DNA from: Podarcis melisellensis
Lineage: Eukaryota
NCBI GenBank assembly: GCA_964234715.1
Contig: OZ174275.1
Strand: one strand, 5' to 3'
Length of the DNA: 64,000 bases
A program made the position numbers and the translations under genes. This document shows, one piece after another, positions 23,901 to 35,900 of this stretch; position 1 is the stretch's first letter, and each line of letters opens with the position of its first letter. The notes under the pieces are model-generated. The model ran no database searches. It had not been told where the DNA came from and saw only the letters and a list, made by a program, of their open reading frames with translations.

Positions 23901-26900
23901 TATGTGCTGTGAATGTACAGACACTTTTAGGGAGAGCATAAGAATGGAAGGGGCAGGGCAAAGGGGGAATCCCAGTCCCAGATACTGAAAGCCAGTGGGA
24001 TCCTATGTTTTGGCATTGTGATGGCTATGACAGTGCCTTCTGCACTGATAAGGCTCCATCTAGAGTGCCTCTTCCACAAAGGAAAAGGGCTCCTTCATTT
24101 GCAGAAGAAGAGGCAAGGGATTTTCACTGGTTACTCTGTGCCCCCTCGCAGTTCTGCTCTGAAGGGTCCCCTGACGCTCTGGAGCAGCTTTACGGGGAAT
24201 GCTAAAATTCACTTCTCCGCCCATGAACAGTGGTCTGCTCATGGGAGCTCTGGATCTGAGCCATAGTGAATGTTGAAACAGCAGCACAGAGAGAATTAGA
24301 ACCAGGCTGGCAAATGGTTACTTACCAATAAGCTTTTCAGATTCAAGACGTGCTCACTTTTCAAAATGACCAGCGCTGCCAGTCCGCAGAAAGTGTACCC
24401 TCCGTGGGCCTCCATGCCAGGGACACCACCGATCCCACCCTCCCAGTTCTGACATCTAATTCAAAAGCAAAACACAAAAACAGGAAGAAAAAAACCACAG
24501 GATATGTTTTCTTGTCCACAATACAACAATTATCTTTCATCTCGTTCTCTAGACTCCTGCTGCTGGGCAGGTAACCACACTCAAACTTGGCAACCAAAGA
24601 AGCACTGGGTGTCCAAGGCCAAACAAGAGCTAAGTGTTTTCCTACCTTGCTATCCAGTCCGCTGTCCCTTCAAAGAGAGTTGGTGTGATGATGTTGGTAA
24701 GCGAGGCCACGGATGCAGCACAATACGCACTCCTGAGATTTAAATATGAGACTATTTAACTTCTACACATGGATGAAGAATGATGCAAGCCGAGCTACTG
24801 CTGTCAGGGAGACACCAGTCATATTAAACTGCACAATCCACCCAGCCATGACCGTAGAAATGTCACAAAGAGAGTACTTGGAAGTTAAGTCATTGTATAC
24901 TCAAGACTTGGTTTTAATTTCTGAGCAACCCTGAGAAGGCATTTGCTCAATGTACGCAATCAGCTTGTTGGCGAGGGTGGGAGGAGAGGGAGGGAGAGAG
25001 ACCATGTTTTGTTTGTTTTAAAATAAAATTACTCTGGATGAGGCTATTAGAATGGAAGGTACACCAGGAGCTAAATTCAGAAGAGTTTACCCCAGTGCAT
25101 CCATTTCTCTCCTTCCTTGATGTACCAAGGGACTGGTATCCTAGATTTATATTAGTAGCCACGGAAAGATACTGAGCGGATTTCAATATTGTTAATTAAG
25201 ACAGAAAAAGCCTTGCTCACAACATTATTCATTGAAATCCCAGGGGAAGAAAAATAAAGGTTACATTCTTCCCTGAAAGAAGAGTCAGAGCTTCATTTAA
25301 AATGCTTTGTCACAGCAAGCCACTGTACAAGTTGAAAAAAGATTTTCTTCTTCAGTTTTAGAATCTGCTGCACCAAAACAAACTCTGGCCATGTCTGCCA
25401 TTCTTTCCACATGCAAGCACTTCTCTTGAACTGCAGCCAAGGACTGCCTTTTCCTGCCCCCTAGAGGGACAAGCCAGGAATATTTAACATCACTTACAGC
25501 TGAAAGAAGCAAATAATGGCTCCCATAATCTTCCTAACATTAGAAGCCAGGATCTTATTTCTCCACTGAAGTTTAGCTATACTATTACAAAATAGGATTA
25601 ATGCTTGCTGTGCTAAGACAAAACTCTCTACGAACAGCATTGCTACAAAAATTTCATCAGAAACCAAAGCTGCTGCTGAGCATCACATGAAAGAAATACT
25701 TGAAACATTTCCAACACACCTGACATCCACCTCTCCCCCTATGTGCATGATGAAGGAGCCATCAGGCTGCTTCAGGGAATACAAATAGTCCAGAAGCTTC
25801 TCTCTGAAAAAACAATAGAGAACATTTATCCCTATTAAGAGGGGGGAAACAAGTGAGATGCTGGAAGAGCCAACCCACATGAGTGAAAATGGGCTTCAGG
25901 ATCATCTAGGCCAGGGTTTTCAGTTCTTCGCTGGCTGAGGAACCCCTCCAACATGTCATGATATCCTATGGCAACCCAGTCCCCTTTCCCTACCAATAAG
26001 AGCTCCCCGCCAACTTTACCTCCAAAAAAGCAGGTTCCACAACTTCTTCTGACTTTGTCCCCATCACTGTGTTTTCATGTTAAGGTAAAACCTGCTATTC
26101 CATTGCCCTGCTGTTTTTGACCATTTCACCACTGATGTCACATGATGCACTATGGGACTAGATCAGGCTGCATGTGACTTGTGGTCACTCCCACTCTCTG
26201 AGTGGGGACGCCTGGCTAGTGCAAGGTGGGAAAGTGATGTGTCTGAGGTGTACATTGGAATGCCTAGCGATGAAAGTGGACTCCAAAGGTTTCGCAGAAC
26301 CCTGGTTAGAAACATGAACCTGGACTAACCACCTAGACTCTTTTTTTCTAAATATGGAGCTAACCCTTCTCTAGCCCTGGAGTGCAAGAGAGGCCTGAGC
26401 GTCAAGAAGAGCTTTGTTCTCCTTGATTCAAAGCAAAGGAAGCTACCAACAAGTGGACGGGAGGCAGTGTGGTGGATGTAGACACCAAGCAGCACATTGT
26501 GGCAAAGGCTGTGTTGGGAAAGGGCCACCAGTCCAGTTTACCAGCTAACCTTTCTTCTTCAGCAAGTAGGAAGGCTGAAGAGGGGGACTGTACTGGCAGA
26601 TATTGGTCAAGAATGCTTCAGGCTTCACCTAATATCTTGGATCTGAGCAGAGGGGAGGGGGTCCCTCCCACGATTTTACCTGTTGATAACACTGTATGCC
26701 TCTTCAGTCCCAATAATGCAGAGAGCATTGACGGCTGCGTACGTTGGAGCAAGATGTGGGTACTGGTTTGGTCCCCCTCCAAAACCTCCGCTGGGGCTCT
26801 GACAGCGGCTCAGGAACTGGCACACACTAGGCACAGAGGAAAGACCAAGGGCAAGCTTAGTTTTTATAAGCAAGAAGCATTTAAACACAAAACAAGCAGC

Positions 26901-29900
26901 ACAGGGCCTTCCCGGGCTAAGAAATAAGGACCGCAGCTCTTATACTAGCAGCAGTGTTTGACACTGCGCCAGAGGAACTACAGTCCATTGCCTCATTGCG
27001 CAGAAGGAAGGGGGAAATGAAGCAAATGTACAACTCAGACACTAAATGAATTGGGTTGGATCTGGAGAAGCTGGATCCAGTAAAATAATGAGGCTCTCAC
27101 ACTTCCCTTGGCAGCTGTGTCCACATACATCCCCCAAAACACCAGAAGTTGCAACCAATAATCACAAGTGGGATGAGGTACAGAAAAACTGCAGCGGGAG
27201 AGGAAAATATCAGCAGAAAGCAAGGAACGCCTTGGACTTGCACGAAGGCCCCCCTGGACTCTATGGAAGGTTCTCTCTCACCAGAGCCATCTAGCTGAAT
27301 CTCAACAGCAGAACAAGCATTCTCCTCCGCTTTTGCCATGCTATTCCATTGTTTGTTATTGTTTTAATCCCAATATACACAAAAGTCTGTTACAGGCGCC
27401 CTTTCCCAGGCTCTCCCCCTGATCTGTTTCGGGACAGAAGCTGCCTACATGGAAGGCCTTTGCGATCAAAGAAGGGTTTGTCTCTCCACACCCTTAAAAT
27501 ATTGATTTGGGGCATCGTTTAATGACCTACTGTAATTTACATTTTACTTATTAAGAAACAAGAAGCACTGAGAACCCCCCCCCCACACACAACAAGTCTT
27601 TTAATTTAAGATCAATGTACACACAATATATGTGATTATGGAAATGTTTGCAATGCAATTGCAGTAGTCACACATTGAAATGCAACACATCCAGCCCCAG
27701 ACCAAGGGGGGCAGGCCACAGAAAGTGCAAATCTACTCTTCTACAACAAATCTTGTTGTAGGTGGCAACAACACTGCAAAACAGCATCCAGAGTGCCTTC
27801 TGGACATGCTGATTAAAGGAACGAAACTCCTTTCCCTAATGGTTGTATTTCGCAGCAACTGTAGCTCCCGGATACGGATCTGAACTTTTGAAATACCAAT
27901 CAGGATAATTTAATGTACAGTGGTGCCCCGCAAGATGAATGCCTCGCAAGACGGAAAACTCACTAGACGAAAGAGCTTTCCGTTTTGGAGGTGCTTCGCA
28001 AAACGAATTTCCTATGGGCTTGCTTCGCAAGACGAAAATGTCTTGCGAGTTCCTGCAGGTTTTTTCCCCTCCCCCCCCTTTTTCTAAGCCGCTAAGCCGC
28101 TTATCCGCTAAGCCGCTAAAAGCCGCTAATAGCGCTAATCCGTCAATGGGCTTGCTTCGCAAGACGAAAAAACCGCTAGATGAAGAGACTCACAGAACGG
28201 ATTCTTTTCATCTTGCAAGGCACCACTGTATAACCAAGTTATACATAACTCATTTTATGTTCCTAAAGTAACAAAGTGACTTTAAATCTGTAAAGGGCGC
28301 TAAAAAGTATTAAAAATATTACAATTTCCCCAAAAAAATTCATTCCAATCCCGCCCCCCACAAAAACAAGGTTTTTTCAACATTTCCCAAAATTGTGCAA
28401 CTCAAATTCTGCTCAACCCAACTCCTCCTGGGTGAAAATGACTGTCTCCACTACAATCCAGTAACAATCCTGCTTTTCCATTCATTATACACATCATTCC
28501 TTGGCTGCAGAAAGCAACTCAAGCTTACTAATTTTCCCTCTTTCTCCTTACAAATTGCAAAACTTCTCTTCTTTGAAAAGCATTTTGCAACCAATACTTC
28601 TTTCAAATGCAAAAAAACCTTCTCTCTCCTGACCACCACCACTCTTTTGCAGACACAGATTTTCAAACCCTACAGGGAATGTGTTTCTTTCTCCTAGTGG
28701 CTGAAGCTGATCTCTTACCGCCACCATCTTTGCTGATCACAAGATGCACCAAAAGCTTCTACTCGAGGAAAAGCTATTGAGAGGTCATTGTTGGAGCAAA
28801 GACAATGCACTGTTGTATTTCAAAAAAATGCTCTTATGCATCATGCAGGGACATTGGGAGGTCAGCCCAGAGAGGCACACACTGTGCAAAGATAAGGAAA
28901 GCTTCTGGAAGTTAATTTCTCCAATAATTTGTAAGTCAGAAAGTTGAGCAAAAGTTTTTTCAGGTTATACTTAGTCCTTAAAACACATAATTCAAAGCTC
29001 TGCCCAAAGATCATCTTTGGTTTCCGAGACATCAACAGAAGCCGCCTGCATAATTTTTGAGCTTCTCAACAACGACTCCCAGCAGTTATGTAATGACAAT
29101 GCTCGGAATAAATGGCAAAGTGTTTTGCAGGAACGGAAGTGAAATATAAAACAAATCTTACTCTGAAGTTACAGATTCCGGGATGGGTTCCTCAAGCAGT
29201 TCAAGACTGTGCAAGATCCAGTAGCACAACCACGGGCGGCTGGCGTCTAGACACTTGGAAGAGAAAACGACAGCTGTTAAAACCCATGACTGACACAACT
29301 GCATTTGTTACACCCCAACGAAAGGAGGGCAAAGAAGGCGAATCAGAACTGGAAAGTAAGAGGTTTAGAAGGATAAAGGACACCAATTTATGAAGGGAAT
29401 TTACATACCTCTTTAAGAATAGCTTCATTATTCGCACAATCCCAAGCTAACATGAGAACCTCTTTTCATTTATCACCAAATGGACAGAGCAAAAGACACG
29501 GGTAACAAATATTTAGCTTTCAACCCCAGAGGAGCCAGCACTACAAGTGAAGTGGCTCCTAGAAAATGGATTTAGCAAGGTCAACGGGAACGCAGCCAGT
29601 GTTTCTAGGGCCTACAAAAGTGCCCCTCAGTGAGACAGGAAAAGGAAGTCCCTTGATACCTCAGATTCCAGAGAAAAGTTAAAGAAACCTCAGCTGTTGA
29701 AAAAGCAAGGAGGATAATGAGCCATAATCATGTTAACCCACCATCAAATATTTGTCCACTAACAGAATATAAGCAGGAAGGAAACAGTACAAACTCCTTC
29801 AGCCAGAAGGGATTACCTCATAGGCATCTGTCAGTTGTCTCAACCCTCTCTTCAGGTAGTGGAAGTGTTTCTCTCGCTGCAAAACAAACCTGAAGGATAG

Positions 29901-32900
29901 ACCAAAAGATATACAAATGATCAGAGAGTCATAAAGCCACGTAAGTGCTCTACAGCCATGTGTGTTTGTTTAACCCTCCTTTAAAACCATCCAGGATAGT
30001 GGAAATCTCATCTGAAGTCCATATGGTAATAGTGCAGAGAGAGACAGGAGGGAAACAGTGCAGATGGGATTGACAGAGGAAGTATTCTTAAGTTATTCCT
30101 AGAAGAATGATACCTGTAGAGCAAAGGCCCCCAGGAGGAGCTGATAAAGATGGGAGGATCAGGGAGAACACGCAAGACATTTAAGCAAAGATGAGAAGAG
30201 AAAGGAAGCCGCTGTTCATAATTTTATAAACCTGTGATCATGTCCCTCCTGAGACATCTTTTTCAAAATTAAAGGCCAAACTAGAAGTGACATCATTCAC
30301 ACAACAGCAATTGTGTGGTTTTTATTTATTTTTTATTAGGTAAACAGCAGGAGCAAGGAGCCAATTTGGACCGGGCCCCTGGCAAGGGGATCAGACCCCT
30401 GCATCTGCTGTGGGTAAGGTTGCCATATGTCTGGAAAACTTTTTTGTCATATGCCAAAAAAAGCTCAACTTTGGGCAAAACTAAAAAAAAAGCTCAACAA
30501 CTCTTCTGTCTGGAATTTGAAATATGGCAACCCTAGCTGTGCGTATTGGAAGAAAAGCTCCCATTTGTGCCAGTCGAGGCTTTCCTTCCAATGCTAACCA
30601 GCAGGCATGGGGGCCAGCTCAGCACTATCCATTTTGTGATGGAAAGACCAGAACCATCTAAAGTATTGTAAACATGAGTATACCACAACTCTATATAAAG
30701 GCATTGCTTGAATCCTAAGAGAAAGGAAGGCAGTTCACAGGAAAGTCACCCAGTACTTCCTCACTATTGCAGCTACCTGCACACATACCCCATTCCCCAA
30801 AAGCCTCTCCAGAAAGTTGAGGGCCCTCCTGAGCAATGTGGGATGGGGTATATAAATCAGCAGTCAAACAAGAATACGGAGCAAGTGGAGGAAAGATTGC
30901 ATGGATACAATAACTTACTGCGCATCATGATGATTTGTCTTATAAGCATCAAAGACCTCTTGGACTATATCTTCTACTTTTGTCTGCAACAAGTTAAAGG
31001 GACAAAGAAGAGGTACAATAACTATGGGTGGGGAGGATGCAGAAAACACTATATGCTAGCATTTATTATTAGGATTATTATTAAAATAATTTCTACACCA
31101 CTTTTTTCAAAGGTCCCAAAGCAATTTACTATGTAAATTAACAGGTAAGCCAAAACATTACAAAATATCAAAATAAAACATTAGAGTTGGACACATTTAA
31201 TGCAGCATATGTAACAGGAAAGCAAAATATTTTCTTAAACATAAAAACACGACAGGTAAAAATCAGAATGCAAGAACCCCTCTGCACTCAGAAGACAGCA
31301 CTATTAAGAAAGAACCATCACAGCACAAATGAAGCAATATGGCAAGGCATGCCAAGAAGAAAAGTGTCTACGGCAGCTGTAAGTAATTGTTAAAAGGGTG
31401 TCAGAGTTCAAGAGGGCTGCTGCTGCTCCAGTTTTATAAAAACAACACAGAAGCTCGTAAAAGGAGTGGATGGTAACAAATAACAAGCTATAGCTCCTTT
31501 AGTATATCACATCTACACAACTGCTGCCTGTGAGGAAAGGCCACAGATGAAAGGCAGAATGTCCCATGTTCAATCCCTGGCATCTCCAGGTATGACCGGG
31601 AAAAAGACTCTAGTCTAAAATTAAGTTAGGCAGCACTGAGATAGATAGGTCAATGGTTTGACCTGGTCTAAGGTAACTTCCTATGTGCCTGTGGTTCAGT
31701 GATGCAGCTCTTCTGCTCCCAGGACATCCCAACCCATGTAGCACTGTACAGTATGCACAACCCAGGCTGATCTTTGTGGGGTGGGGGGAGTTGACCACAG
31801 GTACTTTCCAAGAATCACTGTGGGGTTTAGCACCCTTAAGAGCACATAGCTAGAATCAAGACACATAATGAAGCCCTCCACCCATCTCCTAAGTGAAATG
31901 TACCATCAAACAGAATGCATGGGAGCAAAATCAATAGTTGGTATGATAGGAAACATTAGATTAGATCATATATATATTTAGGCAGCAGAGGACACAACAC
32001 TTGCAAAATCTTGTTGCGAGGCACTCCATTTGGATAGAATGGAGTCATTTTTAGTGCATTGTTCCATCTATAAATATATATGTATGGAGAAAGAGAGAGT
32101 AACTGGCAACAGTGAGTGGAGGGCATTTCGCCATGGAATGAGAAACTTGCAGGCTAATAACTTACTGCTGCCATGCTAATATATATTAAGCTAAGCTCTG
32201 GCTTAGTTTTCCCGCCGCCTTTGCCATAACTGTCTGTCAACACAGTGACATTGTGCATTGCTATATTATTTGTGAGACACCACCACTTCAGTAAGGAGCA
32301 TCTTAAAGGAGATTGGACCTTCTGCTGACAAGGCAAGAACTTGTTCCACCTGCCTTGCCCCACCCTCCAACCCTCAGCGCCCTGGAAGCCTTCAGAACGC
32401 AGTTGCTGCCATGGGCATTATGTGTATGCGTCTTCTGATGAACTGAGTGGAAGTCTGAGTCATGGGGATGGAGAAAGAGTGTGTGTGAATTCAACAGTGC
32501 TTAGTTTGGGTTTTGGTTGTTAGTTTGTTAATGTTCACATTGTTTTGTGGATTGTGAGTGCTGCAATGCTTTGTGAATTTTATAATATAACTTTTCTTGT
32601 GGTTGTGCTGTTTAGCCTATTTTTTAAGTCGCTTTGTTAATAGTGTTTCATACAAGGTGGTTGTTTTACTGATGATTTGTTAAATTATTTTGTACGCTTT
32701 ATGTTGTAATTGGGATGTTTTACTATGCTATTACAGTGGTACCTCAGTTTTCAAATGTAATCTGTTCCGGAAGACCGTTCGAGTTCTGAAACGTTCAAAA
32801 ACCGAGGATGCAACAGTCGACAGCTAAGCCTCAGGATCTTGCACTCAGCAGAAGCCGCATGGCATAGTTGACTTCTGAGGCGTGTTCGAAAACCGAAGCA

Positions 32901-35900
32901 ATTACTTCAAGGTTTAGGGCGTTTGTAAACCGAAATGTTCATCAACGGAGATGTTCAAAAGCCGAGGTACCACTGTATTTGTAAGCGGCTTTGTGATTTG
33001 TATGAGTGAAAAGAGGCATAGAAATAAAATAAATGAATTGCTTAATGAAAGACAGACAATGCGGAAGAAGTGCAAGAAGGAGTGAAGCATGGCAGCAGGG
33101 TATTTAAACACAACCACGGGGTTCCTGATTTCTCCTTCTTCTCTTAAGAGGCTGCTGCTCCAGCTCCCAACAAAAGAAAGGGAACTGCTATGAAGCATGC
33201 ATGGGGGAGAGGAAGTCATTAGAAACCAGGCTCACTGAGAGAGGCGGAGGGGAGACAGAGAGGAAGGAGCTCAACACAACATAAGGTTGGGTGTAATAGG
33301 TGAGGAAAGGTTCTAGGAACTAGGAGTTGAAGAATCAGTGCAAGGTGTGTGCATGAACACCCTTAGTTTTAATAATTTGCCTAAAGCATCAAAGCAGCCA
33401 GGCTAAGCTGAAGCCAGCACTAAATGCTCAGCAACAGAACAGGGAAATCTGTGAGGTCTCTGACCAGCTCACGCTGTATTCCTACTCTATGGCTACATGA
33501 ACAAAGAACTCCACATTGGCATTCACATCCTTATTCCACAGCTCACCTTAATTGGGGCCACAAAGTCTCAATTGACACTTTCCTGCTCTTTTGCCCTGGT
33601 ATCTAATGTTTTCTCACTGTCTCGGATTTGAAAAGTGCTGTCTTCTCCATTAAAGGTCAGATTCTAGGCAGAGATAATGAGCAGCAATCACCCCTCAGGG
33701 ATGTCTCAGGCCTCCAGCAAGGAAGAAAGTCCAACTAGTAATCATGTTTACTGGATGACTGTAATTTCAGCTGCTTTGGTCTGAACAGTGGAAAGCGGCA
33801 AGTGCAACTAAAATCAGAAGCAGGCCACAAAATCCAAGACTACATCCACACAATACGTTTAAAGCAAATGACATCTCCCCAAAGAATCCTGAGAACTCTG
33901 ATTTACCTCTCCTGGAGCTACAATTCACAGCACTTTTAACTACAGCTCACAGGATTATTTGGGGGAACTCATGTGCCTTAAATGTATGGTCTGAATGCAG
34001 CCTAGTATAGCACATCAAATGCATTCAAAACAAAAAAAAATTCCTTCCAGTAGCACCTTAAAGACCAACTAAGTTAGTTCTTGGTATGAGCTTTCGTGTG
34101 CATGCACACTTCTTCAGATACACGTATGTATCTGCACACGAAAGCTCATACCAAGAACTAACTTAGTTGGTCTTTAAGGTGCTACTGGAAGGAATTTTTT
34201 TTGTTTTGACTATGGCAGACCAACACGGTTACCTATCTGCAAATGCATTCAGTTTCTAATACAAAACTATTTTGCCATCCACATATGCTTTGACTTTAGC
34301 AAATTTCTTTCCAGAACCTTAGGAAAGGCAGTTGGCTTCCCCTCAATTTCAGAGCTTCTCTCAAGGATTGAGTACTATTTGGAAGGGAAAGGGTCAAACG
34401 AACTAAGCAACTGAGTAACTTTACATAAGTTCCTTTCGCTCAGCTTTGCAGCTATAGAAACCATGACCATCAAGAAAAAGATGGTCAAACACTATCGCTT
34501 AAGCAAGATTTATAAATAATCATAATTTGTTCATTGTCCAGACAGTTGAACTTCAAAGAATGAAGTATTTCCATGACTAACAGGACTTAATTAAAACCAG
34601 TAGAAGGATAATTTAAGTCCAATAAACTCTAGGATAGTCATTCCCATGATTTAACTGGAAATGATTTACTGCATAATTCTTTTACACAACCAAGCAAACC
34701 AAAGGAAAATCATAACTATTAGTGTCTACTCAGCTGTGTCTGGCCAACACTACTTATCTATTTATGCTCTGATTTTACACAAGTAAGTTTGTTAAATCTC
34801 TATCTTCTATAGCCTGTCTTCCTGAGCCAAAGAGCTCAATTCTTATGAAGGAGCATACCTGGCCGCGCCCATCCAACTTTTGCACAATTAAAAAACACAA
34901 TGGTATTATGTCAGAAATATGAATGACAGGCTTTAGCCTAATGAAGTTAACAGAACAAGTGGTTTGAGACTTGCAGCTTTGGAATACTTTTAACTGTCCT
35001 GTCTACCAGTGGACTTGGTGAATATTGTGAGCTGAATACTACATAAAATATATGCAACAAGGCGGTGTACAACATAAGAACATAAAAATCTACTGGATTA
35101 CTACCATTTTGCCATCTATATTTCTGAGGGAAAGTATATGCAGGTCTTACCACACAATCACCATAGGGAGCAGGCCTAGCAATACCTATCATATTTTCCA
35201 CTTAAAAATATGGGTCACCTTAGACAAAGTCAGATGACTGTCCAACCAGCATTGAAGAACAGTCAGCCCAAGTGCAGGTAGAGGTCTTTCCTCTCACTGA
35301 TTAATTCCAGAAACTGAGAAGAACTTGTATATGTCATAGATATGCCTTACTAACTAAAGCTCAACCCTCTTTATCCCCTCCTGGTCAATAATTAAGATGT
35401 CTTCCACAGAGAGCAAACCACAGATATAATCACTGAATTACAGAGACCTTTCAGCAGGTAACTTGACTTGAATGCTTAAAATATATCAGTAAATTGCTCC
35501 ACACGTTTTACTAACACAACAAAATTGTGATGTGATTGAAAGGATGCCTTTGATTGATTCCACAGGGGTAGCCATGTTTGTTTGTTGGTAAATCAGCTAT
35601 GTTTGTTGCTTGCCCTTTCTTAAACACAGCAGCACACATACAACAAAACTGCTGAGTGTTTCACTACATATTGAGAAAGATGTAGCCTTACATTTAGTTC
35701 AGTGTTTAAAAAACCACACACCATATTATATGATGGAGGACCTGGGGCTAGCATACTTTGAACAGTTATCCTATGGAGCCTTGTAACTTGCTGATCACCA
35801 GAGTCCTTCTCTCTGAGTCCTGATAGTTTCTTGCAGCCCTTCTGTCTCCAATCTTTGAATTCCAAGCCTATGTTCTTGCTCCTCCATGAGTTCAAGCCAT

